From Allosphingosinicella sp. (lineage in GTDB: Bacteria; Pseudomonadota; Alphaproteobacteria; Sphingomonadales; Sphingomonadaceae), in the NCBI GenBank assembly GCA_035644835.1, contig DASQNR010000014.1, forward strand, positions 5,222 to 69,221: a DNA stretch of 64,000 nucleotides, read 5' to 3'. Of the stretch, positions 28,394-36,952 are shown piece by piece. Position numbers and translations under genes: made by a program. A model generated the notes under the pieces. It was given only the letters and a program-made list of their open reading frames with translations, searched no databases and was not told where the DNA came from. Every line of letters starts with the position of its first letter. The stretch's first letter is position 1.

Positions 28394-30537
28394 CAGAAGG
28401 CTTGTCCGATCGAGACGTAGACCGCCACCAGCGGCTCGCCCTGGCGGCGGCCGAGCGGCGTCGCGACGTCGAAGCGCAGCGGCCCGAAATTGGTGTAGAC
28501 CCGGCCGCCCACGCCGACACCGATGCGCATGTCGGACAAGCGCGGGCTCTGGCTGTCATAGACCTGGCCGGCGTCGACGAAGCCGACTACCCCATAATTG
28601 CCGAACCGGTACCGCGCCTCGAGCGCGAATTCGACGAGGCTGCGGCCGCCGGTGGGAACCGAGATGGTGGGCGAATCCTTCTCGTCGGGATCGGTGGGAT
28701 CGAATTTCGGGTTGGACAGCTCGACGCGCGGCCCGAGCTGCTGGAAGCCGAAGCCGCGCACCGATCCGCCGCCGCCACCGTACAGCCGCCGCGACAATGC
28801 CAGCTGGTCGAGCTCGGCTCCGTAGATCGACCTGACCCGGGAACGGGCGGCGACGGTAAGAGCGTCTGAGGCGGGGACGTAGACGCTGCCTTCGATGAGG
28901 TTGCGGATGTAGGGCTGGCCCGGATCGCGCAGCGAGGTTTCCGGGTTGACCCGGCCGAGCAGGCGGAAACCCTTGGTTGGATCGAGCAGGCTGTTCGACG
29001 TGTCATAGCCGAGCTGGCCGGTCACTCCGGCCAGGAAGAAGGCATCTCCGATCGACAGGCGCGGCTCGCCGACCTGGCTTTCGTTGGTGGCGATCAGCTC
29101 CGCGCCATAGGCCCAGGTCCACTTCTTGTGCCAGATCGGCGTCGATTCGCGGCTGATCAGGCCTTGAAGACGCGCCGTGTAGCCGGTGAAGGCCGCGAAA
29201 TCGCGCCGGCCTGCCTCCGCCTGCAGCAGCACGGTGCGATCGCGCTTGCCCGCGTTGGAGCGGCGGAACTGGAAGCGCAAAGTCTGCTCCCGCGTGCCGG
29301 CAATGGCGGTGGCGCGGATCGCGCCTTCAGGCGGGAAGAAGTTGCGATGCTCCCATGTGCCCTCGATCCGCAGGCCCTCGCCGGTATTGTAGCCGGCGCT
29401 GCCGGAGATGGAGCGGGCGGGGCCGGCGTCCTGGCGCACCAGGATGTTGACATATTCGGAGCCATCTTCCGCCAGTTCGCCGGTCCGCACCGTCTCGGCG
29501 GCGACGGTGGAAAAGAGGCTGGTGGCGATCATCGCCTCCCGCAGGTCGTCGACCTTGCGCTGGTCGAACAACTCGCCGCGCTTGAAGCGGGCCAGCACGC
29601 CGACATGCTTCGCGTCGAATGCGAGATCGCCTTCGGTAGTGAAGCCGGCGAAGCGCGAGCGCGGCCCGGGATCGACCGGCAAGGTGTAGTCTCCGAGCCG
29701 GGTCTCCGGATCGAGCAGGATGTCGCGCAGGCCCACATCGACGAACGGATACCCCTGCTGCGGCAGGCGCAGGCGGACATTGGCCTCCGCGCTTTCGACA
29801 TTGAGGGCGACGATCGGATCGCCCGGCTTGAGGGGCAGCGCCTCCCGGACGAGACCGGACGGAATAGTGTCGGCCCCTTCGACCACGACTGCACCGAAAT
29901 TGTAGCGCGGGCCCGGGACGGCGCTCAGCACCACCCGCAACCGGCCCGGCTCGGGCAGCTGCTCGATGGTGGAAAGCGCGGTGGCGTCATAATAGCCTTC
30001 CGAACGGAGCAGGCGGACGGCGAGCAGCTCATCCTCCTTTGCACGCTGGGTGACCTGCGAGCCGTTGGTGGCTTTTCCATCGGCGTCTTCAAGCGCCGAC
30101 AGGCTGCGGAACTGGCCTGCGAGTTCCACCTCCTCCAGCCCTTCGAGCACCAGGGTGTAGCGCACCGGTTCGATCTCGGCCGGCCTGTCATCGGCCGCTT
30201 CGGCGCCCGGCTCCGGCACGCTGGCATCGAACTCACTGAGCGGGGTAAGCGGGCGCTGGAGTTCCGGGTCGACCAGCGGCGCATCGGCGATCAGCTCGCC
30301 CGCGGGAGTCACAACCGTCGGATCCGCCACGTCGAAGTCTTCCAGCGGCTCGAGCGGAGTGCCCAGCGCGGTATCGAGTGGAGGCAGCTCTTCCTCGAAC
30401 TGGCTGTCGGAGATGATGGGGCCAGTCGGTGCGGGCGCCGGCTGGGCGACCGGCACGGCGGTCTGGGCCGCGGCCGCCGACGCCGTTGCAAGCGCTCCGC
30501 TTCCCACGGCAGCCAAAAGAATCGCAGTTTTCCTCAA
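28393..30537 (-). CDS. tamA: Omp85 family TamA
   Basis: Signal peptide, POTRA-like region, GGGGSVRGF, GPLRFDVA, terminal IGQAF. Confidence 0.92.
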   Translation of the reverse strand: MRKTAILLAAVGSGALATASAAAAQTAVPVAQPAPAPTGPIISDSQFEEELPPLDTALGTPLEPLEDFDVADPTVVTPAGELIADAPLVDPELQRPLTPLSEFDASVPEPGAEAADDRPAEIEPVRYTLVLEGLEEVELAGQFRSLSALEDADGKATNGSQVTQRAKEDELLAVRLLRSEGYYDATALSTIEQLPEPGRLRVVLSAVPGPRYNFGAVVVEGADTIPSGLVREALPLKPGDPIVALNVESAEANVRLRLPQQGYPFVDVGLRDILLDPETRLGDYTLPVDPGPRSRFAGFTTEGDLAFDAKHVGVLARFKRGELFDQRKVDDLREAMIATSLFSTVAAETVRTGELAEDGSEYVNILVRQDAGPARSISGSAGYNTGEGLRIEGTWEHRNFFPPEGAIRATAIAGTREQTLRFQFRRSNAGKRDRTVLLQAEAGRRDFAAFTGYTARLQGLISRESTPIWHKKWTWAYGAELIATNESQVGEPRLSIGDAFFLAGVTGQLGYDTSNSLLDPTKGFRLLGRVNPETSLRDPGQPYIRNLIEGSVYVPASDALTVAARSRVRSIYGAELDQLALSRRLYGGGGGSVRGFGFQQLGPRVELSNPKFDPTDPDEKDSPTISVPTGGRSLVEFALEARYRFGNYGVVGFVDAGQVYDSQSPRLSDMRIGVGVGGRVYTNFGPLRFDVATPLGRRQGEPLVAVYVSIGQAF

Positions 30538-30680
30538 GCCTGCTCACGCTCCCGTAACGAACGCGTCACTACGCTAGAAATGCGTGTCAGTGGAAGGCCT
30601 TGGGTCCATGCGTAGCGAAAAAGCCTCGCTCCAGTGCAGCCGGGCCACACGCCGCCCGACGCCCATGCGATGACTGCTTT

Positions 30681-31082
30681 TCAATCCTCGAAGAACATGT
30701 CGGTGGCGGGGGCGATCTCCACGATCCTGCTCGACAAGGTGCGGCCCTCCTCGCTGCGGACAAAAACCTGTTGCTCGCGCGGCACCGTACCCGCCTTGCA
30801 CGCCGCGTCCACCGCCAGCGTCTGGGTAAGGTCGCCTTGCCCCTGTGCGCCCATCACGATCCAGGCATCTTCGCGGATCGTGGCGCCCCCGCGGCCGTCA
30901 TACTCGAACCCACCGGTCTTGCCCGCATCATCGAGGTTCTTCTTCGCCTGTGCGCACAGCTCGGCCGGCAGCTTGCCGATCATCGGCGGGCCGGTCGGCT
31001 CCTCCGGCGCAAGGTCGCAGCCGGTGGCGCTCAGCACCAACAAGGCGGCCGCCGCGGTCCGCGCCCAGTGACTTTCAAGCAT
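30681..31082 (-). CDS. Hypothetical lipoprotein
   Basis: LSATGC lipobox; ordinary globular composition. Confidence 0.65.
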   Translation of the reverse strand: MLESHWARTAAAALLVLSATGCDLAPEEPTGPPMIGKLPAELCAQAKKNLDDAGKTGGFEYDGRGGATIREDAWIVMGAQGQGDLTQTLAVDAACKAGTVPREQQVFVRSEEGRTLSSRIVEIAPATDMFFED

Positions 31083-31189
31083 GACCTGGAACCCCCATCA
31101 AAGCCGCACCAGCCCTCCATAGGCAGCGCGCAAGGCGGCCTCAACCGCAGCAATTGCGCCGGCGCGCGCTTTTCGCCAAGGCCCCCCCC

Positions 31190-32623
31190 ATGCTTCTACC
31201 GCCCTCCAAAGCCCTGCTTCGCGAGCTGGAAGCGCTGCTCGGGGCGCGCGGCTTTACCCGCGACGCCGCCGAGATGGAGCCGTGGCTGGTCGACTGGAGG
31301 GGCCGTTACCAGGGCGCCGCGGCGGCCATGCTGTTGCCAGACTCGGCCGCGCAAGTGCAGGCGATCGTCGCCCGCTGCGCCGAAAACCGGGTGGCGCTGG
31401 TGCCGCAGGGCGGCAACACATCGCTGGTCGGCGGCGCCACCCCGGGAGGGGACGAGGTGCTGCTGCTGTCGCTACGGCGCTTGAACCGGATCCGCAGCGT
31501 TTCGCCCGACGACAATATGTTGGTTGCGGAAGGGGGGGCGATCCTCGCCGCCGTGCACGACGCCGCCTCTCGAGCCGGGCGGCGTTTCCCGCTTTCGCTT
31601 GGCGCCAAGGGGTCGGCCACGATCGGGGGGCTGGTTTCCACCAATGCCGGTGGCACGCAGGTGCTGCGCTTCGGAACGATGCGAGCGCTCGTCCTCGGGC
31701 TGGAAGCGGTGCTGCCGGACGGTTCTTTCTACCAGGGCCTTTCCGCGCTGCGGAAGGACAATCGCGGCTACGATCTGCGCCAGCTGCTGATCGGCGCCGA
31801 GGGCACGCTGGGCGTGGTGACCGCAGCCAGCCTGCGCCTCGTGCCGGCGGTGGGATCGCGCGGCGTGGCCTGGGCGGGGCTTGCCTCGCCTGCCGACGCG
31901 CTGACCCTGCTGCGCCAGCTCGAACTGCGCTTGGGCGACGGCATCGAAAGCTTTGAACTGATGCCGGCTCACGCGCTTGGCCTGGTGCTGCGCCATGTCC
32001 CCGGCACCCGGGCGCCGCTCACCGCGCAACACCCTTGGCATGTGCTGGTGGAGGTAACTGCTCCGCAAAGCGGGGCGGAGGCGTCGGCGCTGCTCGCCGC
32101 AGCGCTGGAGCCGGCTCTGGAAAGCGGCCTCGTGACCGATGCGGCCCTGGCCGGCGGTGAGGCGCAGGCCGACGCGCTGTGGCGAATTCGCGAATCCATC
32201 GCCGAGGCGGAGCGGCAGGAAGGCCGCGCCGTGAAGCATGACATCTCGGTGCCGGTCTCAGCCATGCCGGCCTTTCTCCAAACCGCCACGCCGCAGGTGG
32301 AGGCGCGCTTCGAGGGCGCGCGGGTGGTCGCCTTCGGCCATCTCGGCGACGGCAACATCCATTTCAACGTCCTTCCACCCCCGCGCCCCGACGCTGCACG
32401 CTGGGTGGAGGAGCAAGGGGAGATGGTGACCGGCTTCGTGCACGATCTGGTGGGCGCCGCCGGCGGCTCGATCTCGGCCGAGCACGGCATCGGCCAGCTC
32501 AAACGTTCCGAGCTCGTCCGCACCGCCTGCCCCGCCGGGCTTCGCGCACAGCGCGCGATCAAGACGGCGCTTGACCCGCACGGCATCATGAATCCAGGCA
32601 AGCTCATCCCGCCCGGCGACTGA
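31190..32623 (+). CDS. FAD-binding oxidoreductase (GlcD / D-2-hydroxyacid dehydrogenase-like)
   Basis: PQGGNTSLVGG, STNAGG, FGHLGDGNIH, SAEHGIG. Confidence 0.9.
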   Translation: MLLPPSKALLRELEALLGARGFTRDAAEMEPWLVDWRGRYQGAAAAMLLPDSAAQVQAIVARCAENRVALVPQGGNTSLVGGATPGGDEVLLLSLRRLNRIRSVSPDDNMLVAEGGAILAAVHDAASRAGRRFPLSLGAKGSATIGGLVSTNAGGTQVLRFGTMRALVLGLEAVLPDGSFYQGLSALRKDNRGYDLRQLLIGAEGTLGVVTAASLRLVPAVGSRGVAWAGLASPADALTLLRQLELRLGDGIESFELMPAHALGLVLRHVPGTRAPLTAQHPWHVLVEVTAPQSGAEASALLAAALEPALESGLVTDAALAGGEAQADALWRIRESIAEAERQEGRAVKHDISVPVSAMPAFLQTATPQVEARFEGARVVAFGHLGDGNIHFNVLPPPRPDAARWVEEQGEMVTGFVHDLVGAAGGSISAEHGIGQLKRSELVRTACPAGLRAQRAIKTALDPHGIMNPGKLIPPGD

Positions 32624-32677
32624 GACGCAAGCCGGCAGGTCATTCCCCGTTCACACCCGCCGAGGCAAAGGCCCCCG

Positions 32678-34126
32678 ATGGAATATTCACGCAGACATGT
32701 TTTAAGCGGCATCGGCGGGACTGCCCTGGCGGCGACACTGGCCGCCCGGCCGGCGCGGGCGCAAGGCGATGTCTTCACGCCGGAGATGTTCGGTGCCAAG
32801 GGCGACGGCGTCACCAACGACAATGCGGCGTTTGAGCGGCTTTCCCAGGCGGTCAATGCTGCCGGCGGCGGCACTATTCAGCTGCGCCGGGCAGTGTACA
32901 TCGTCGGAGCCCAGCGGCGTGGCCGGGATGCCAACGAGAACGCTTTCGTGCCGCACGGCATCCTTGCCTTCCGGCGTTGCAACAGACCGTTGCAGATTCT
33001 GGGGAGCGGCGCGGTGCTGCGCGCGGCGCCGGGCCTTCGCTACGGCACCTTCGATCGCAACACCGGCGCGGCGACCAACAACCCGATGCCTTTCCTCGAC
33101 GGCAAGCAGATTGCGATCCCATATTGGGCGATGATCGACATTGCCGAGAGCAGCGGCGGGATCCTGATCGCCGACATCGAGCTCGACGGGAACATGCGCG
33201 CGCTGAGGATCGGCGGCCCTTATGGCGATACCGGCCGGCAGATACCGGGCAACGGCATCCTGCTCGTCAACAATCGTGGCGACGAGATCGTCCGCAACGT
33301 CCGCAGCCACCACCAGCCGCTCGACGGAATGATGATCGACGGGCTCGACTCGGTATCCGCGGCGCGCGGGGTGACCCGGCGCATCGAGAATTTCCGTGCC
33401 GAATATAACGGGCGTCAGGGGGTCAGCCTGATCGGCGGCCGCGGCTATGTGTTCGCCAATTGCAAGTTCAACCATACGGGCCGCGGCGGAGTTGCCAGCG
33501 CTCCGGGCGCCGGCGTCGATATCGAAGCGGAAAATGGCAAGGTCAACCGCGACTACCGGTTCGAAAATTGCGAGTTCATCGATAATTTCGGCTGCGGCAT
33601 GGTCGCGGACAGCGGCGACAGCGAGGGTGCGTCCTTCACCGGCTGCACCTTTGTGGGCACCAGCGCCTGGTCGCTCTGGCCGCACAAGCCGCGCTTCCGC
33701 TTCGACAAATGCCGGATTGTAGGCTCCATGGTGCGTGCTCATGGCGACTCGGATCCCGAGCGAGCGACCCAGTTTCACGATTGCACCTTTCTGGACGATC
33801 CGGCCGCCTCGCCGACCGGCAAGGTGTATACCGGCGAGGGCGGCGGGAAGCCGATCGCCGATCTGTCGGACAGCAAGAATGTGCTGTTCAATCGCTGCAT
33901 CTTCCGCCTCACCCACCAGGCCGTGCTGCCGTGGAGCTGGTTCGCCCTCTACCGCGACTGCACCATGAGCCAGCGCTCGCCCGCCGAATCGCACCCCAAG
34001 GGAAAGTATTTCGGCGTGAACAGGGTGACGGGGAATGCGGAATTCTACGGCGCAAAGGTGCCGGGAACGCTGATCCACAATGGCAAGACGTTCACCAAGG
34101 CGGATTTCGGCGGTACCGCCTGGTAA
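32678..34126 (+). CDS. Tat-exported right-handed beta-helix (pectin-lyase-fold) protein
   Basis: SRRHVL twin-arginine signal; FTPEMFGAKGDGVTNDNAAF start; PbH1-like repeats. Confidence 0.8.
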   Translation: MEYSRRHVLSGIGGTALAATLAARPARAQGDVFTPEMFGAKGDGVTNDNAAFERLSQAVNAAGGGTIQLRRAVYIVGAQRRGRDANENAFVPHGILAFRRCNRPLQILGSGAVLRAAPGLRYGTFDRNTGAATNNPMPFLDGKQIAIPYWAMIDIAESSGGILIADIELDGNMRALRIGGPYGDTGRQIPGNGILLVNNRGDEIVRNVRSHHQPLDGMMIDGLDSVSAARGVTRRIENFRAEYNGRQGVSLIGGRGYVFANCKFNHTGRGGVASAPGAGVDIEAENGKVNRDYRFENCEFIDNFGCGMVADSGDSEGASFTGCTFVGTSAWSLWPHKPRFRFDKCRIVGSMVRAHGDSDPERATQFHDCTFLDDPAASPTGKVYTGEGGGKPIADLSDSKNVLFNRCIFRLTHQAVLPWSWFALYRDCTMSQRSPAESHPKGKYFGVNRVTGNAEFYGAKVPGTLIHNGKTFTKADFGGTAW

Positions 34127-34150
34127 GCCCGCTTTGGCGCCCGGCTGCGC

Positions 34151-35056
34151 CTACACGCGCTCGTAAAAGGCGCGGATGCTGGAGCCCAGGTTGGTGAGAT
34201 CCAGCCCCTTGTTCACCCCCGATTTGGCCAGCGACAGCAGCTTGCTGCCTGAAACCTTTTGCTGCGCCGCATCCGAGAAGCTCTGCGGCGACACCCCCGA
34301 CACAGCGCCCTTCATCCGCCCCTTCTGCAGCGCCTCGACGATGCGGTAGGGGCTGATATTCTGCGTCTTCAAGGACCGCTTGCGAAAGCCGGCGCCGCGC
34401 AGCGCCCTGTGGAGGTGCTTGGGGGTCCAGTAGGTGATGTGTTCGGGCCACATCAGCATGCCCCAAGAGGGTCCGATGATCCGACGCTCGAGCGAATCGA
34501 AATTGGGCGTGGTGAGGTAAAGGCAACCGCCCGGGCGCAGCAGGCGGTGGATTCCGCTCAGCACTTCCAGCGGGTTGTTGATGTGCTCAATGATCTCGGT
34601 GAACACCACCACGTCGAACGCCCCTTCGGGTGCGCCTTGCGGGAACAGCCCACCGCGGTAGGTGGTGATGCCGTTACGCTCCAGATACTGGCACATCGGC
34701 TCGCTGAATTCGGTGGCGTACGGCTCGAATCCGCGATCCCTGAAGTGAACCAGGAAACGCCCGGCACCGGCCGCAATGTCCAGCACCTTCCCGGTCTGCT
34801 TGTACGGCATCAGCCGCTCCACCAGAGCGCGCTCGTTCTGAATGTTGATTTCGCTGCGCGCGGCATCTTCCGCCTCGTAATTATACGCGCCGTAGACACG
34901 CTCATAATCCTCGGCGTTCGGGATGAGCAGGGAGAAGTTGAACCCGCAGCGCGAGCAGCTGACCAGGTGATCCTTCTGATATTTCTCCAGCCTCCGTGCC
35001 GATGCGGCGGGCGCCGCGCAAAGGGGGCAGGCGGTAAGCGGTTCGCGATCGATCAT
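34151..35056 (-). CDS. Class I SAM methyltransferase with N-terminal Zn ribbon
   Basis: CPLC...CSRC; VLDIAAGAG; FTEIIEHI; LRPGG..YLTTPN; WPEH. Confidence 0.85.
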   Translation of the reverse strand: MIDREPLTACPLCAAPAASARRLEKYQKDHLVSCSRCGFNFSLLIPNAEDYERVYGAYNYEAEDAARSEINIQNERALVERLMPYKQTGKVLDIAAGAGRFLVHFRDRGFEPYATEFSEPMCQYLERNGITTYRGGLFPQGAPEGAFDVVVFTEIIEHINNPLEVLSGIHRLLRPGGCLYLTTPNFDSLERRIIGPSWGMLMWPEHITYWTPKHLHRALRGAGFRKRSLKTQNISPYRIVEALQKGRMKGAVSGVSPQSFSDAAQQKVSGSKLLSLAKSGVNKGLDLTNLGSSIRAFYERV

Positions 35057-35215
35057 GCGGCTTTCTATACGGGCCGCTGCGGCCAGAGCAACGCAGCAAC
35101 GCGTCTTTGGCGCGAAACCACCGGCCTGAACGAGCCGACGGGGGTGGAACCGGGGGGAACATCAGCCGTATAGGCCCCACCTCGAACGGCCGGACCCCGA
35201 AGGATGTAGCAGAAG

Positions 35216-35980
35216 ATGAGTTTCCTCAACAGATTGTCGCAAGGCCTGCTCGGCGGGCGCAATCTGCCCCGGGGGAAGGAGGGCGCGCGCGCTTATGCGG
35301 TGGGGGATATTCACGGCCGTTTGGATCTCCTGAACGACATGATCGGGCGAATCGAAGCGGACATCGCGGCGCGCCCGCAGCGGCGCAACTTCATCATCTT
35401 TCTGGGCGATCTCATCGATCGCGGCCCCGAATCGGCTGGTGTGGTGGAGAGACTGCGCACCTACCGGCATGCCGATGCGCGGACCGTCTTCCTTGGCGGG
35501 AACCATGAGGAAGTGATGCTTCGTCTGCTCGCCGGAGAAAAGAAGATCCTGGCGAGCTGGCTGAAGTTCGGCGGCGCGGAATGCGCGCAGAGCTACGGTC
35601 TCGATCCGGACTCGTTGCGCCTCCTGGATGAGGAAGCGGCCCTGCAATTGCTGCGGGCAAAGGTGCCGCCCGAGCATCTCGAATTTCTGTCTGGCTTTCA
35701 CGACACCTTCCGTTTTGGCGACTATCTTTTCGTCCACGCCGGCATCCGTCCCGGGATCGGCCTGGAGGAGCAGGACCTGCACGATCTGCGCTGGATCCGC
35801 GATCCGTTCCTGAGCGATGCCAAGGAGCATGGCTTCGTGGTGGTTCATGGGCATACGATAGTGGAACGCGTCGAAGAGCGTCCGAACCGCATCGGCATCG
35901 ACACTGGCGCCTACCACAGCAACGTCCTGACTGCGGTGGCGATCGAGGACGACCAACGATGGTTTCTGGCTACGCAGTGA
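35216..35980 (+). CDS. Metallophosphoesterase (PPP/ApaH-like)
   Basis: GDIHG, GDLIDRG, GGNHE, FVHAG, VHGHT, DTGA motifs. Confidence 0.92.
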   Translation: MSFLNRLSQGLLGGRNLPRGKEGARAYAVGDIHGRLDLLNDMIGRIEADIAARPQRRNFIIFLGDLIDRGPESAGVVERLRTYRHADARTVFLGGNHEEVMLRLLAGEKKILASWLKFGGAECAQSYGLDPDSLRLLDEEAALQLLRAKVPPEHLEFLSGFHDTFRFGDYLFVHAGIRPGIGLEEQDLHDLRWIRDPFLSDAKEHGFVVVHGHTIVERVEERPNRIGIDTGAYHSNVLTAVAIEDDQRWFLATQ

Positions 35981-36067
35981 GCCGCGGCAGCAGCGCAATC
36001 AGGCCCCTAGATTGTTGTTTTCAATGGTGAAACGGGTCGTTAGCCGTTCATGCCCGGGTAATTGCTC

Positions 36068-36095
36068 TTGACCTAACTGCCGCTTCCGCTAAATC
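36068..36095 (+). promoter_or_regulatory. Probable housekeeping sigma70 promoter of wza
   Basis: TTGACC at 36068 and GCTAAATC at 36088 fit the alphaproteobacterial TTGAC...GCTANAWC pattern, just upstream of wza. Confidence 0.6.
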
Positions 36096-36111
36096 GCCAG
36101 GGGCCAAGATC

Positions 36112-36888
36112 TTGCAAAATTTGGAACAGTCCGTGACGCTCTCCCAAGACGCCGCAACGCGCATGTTGCCCGCAGCCCTTCCTGCCGCCCGCCGCCCAAG
36201 GCGGATTGGGTCGCTGATTGCGGCGATCGCGGCGATTGGCGCCCTTGGCGCCTGCGCTGGGTCGCGCGGCGGCAACATCCCTTATGACGTCCAGGAGTTC
36301 GGCGCGCCGGACTCGCCCGCCGTCGCGGCGCTGGAGCCAGGTTACAAGATCGCGCCGCTCGACACGCTGCGAGTCAGCGTTTTCCAGGTGGCCGATCTTT
36401 CCGGCGAGTTCGAGGTCGATCTTGCCGGCTATATCGGCTTGCCGCTGCTCGGCAGCGTCCGCGCGGTGGGCATGACGACCGATGAACTCGACGCCGAGGT
36501 GACGAAGCTGCTCAGCGCCAAATACCTCCGGTCTCCGGACGTAAATGTAGGCATCAAGTCATCCAGCACCCGGGTTATCACGGTCGACGGCGCGGTGGCG
36601 TCGCCGGGCGTGTTCCCGGTCAACAGCAAGATCACGCTCCTTCAAGTGGTTGCAATGGCCAAGGGCACCACGGCGGATGCGAATCCGCGGCGAGTCGCTA
36701 TTTTCCGGCAGATCGAGGGGCAGCGAATGGCGGCCGCTTTCGATCTGACCGACATCCGCCGCGGCGCGGCCGAGGACCCGCGCGTGTATAGCGGCGACAT
36801 CGTCGTGGTCGATGGCTCCAAGGTCCGTGCCGTTCAGCGCGAGATACTGACAGCGCTTCCCATTCTTGGTATGTTCCGTCCGTTCTGA
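36112..36888 (+). CDS. wza: Polysaccharide export (OPX) protein
   Basis: YKIAPLDTLRVSVF, G.IGLPLLGSV, LGAC lipobox, SLBB-like region. Start uncertain (36112 or 36163). Confidence 0.9.
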   Translation: MQNLEQSVTLSQDAATRMLPAALPAARRPRRIGSLIAAIAAIGALGACAGSRGGNIPYDVQEFGAPDSPAVAALEPGYKIAPLDTLRVSVFQVADLSGEFEVDLAGYIGLPLLGSVRAVGMTTDELDAEVTKLLSAKYLRSPDVNVGIKSSSTRVITVDGAVASPGVFPVNSKITLLQVVAMAKGTTADANPRRVAIFRQIEGQRMAAAFDLTDIRRGAAEDPRVYSGDIVVVDGSKVRAVQREILTALPILGMFRPF

Positions 36889-36894
36889 TCACCC

Positions 36895-36921
36895 GCGCGC
36901 TCCCGGCCTTCGGGAGCGCGC
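36895..36921 (+). terminator. GC-rich hairpin between wza and wzc (weak terminator or stabiliser)
   Basis: gcgcgctcccg-gcctt-cgggagcgcgc followed by only atttct. Confidence 0.45.
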
Positions 36922-36952
36922 ATTTCTGCATTGAAAGGCAGCTCCGCTTTCT

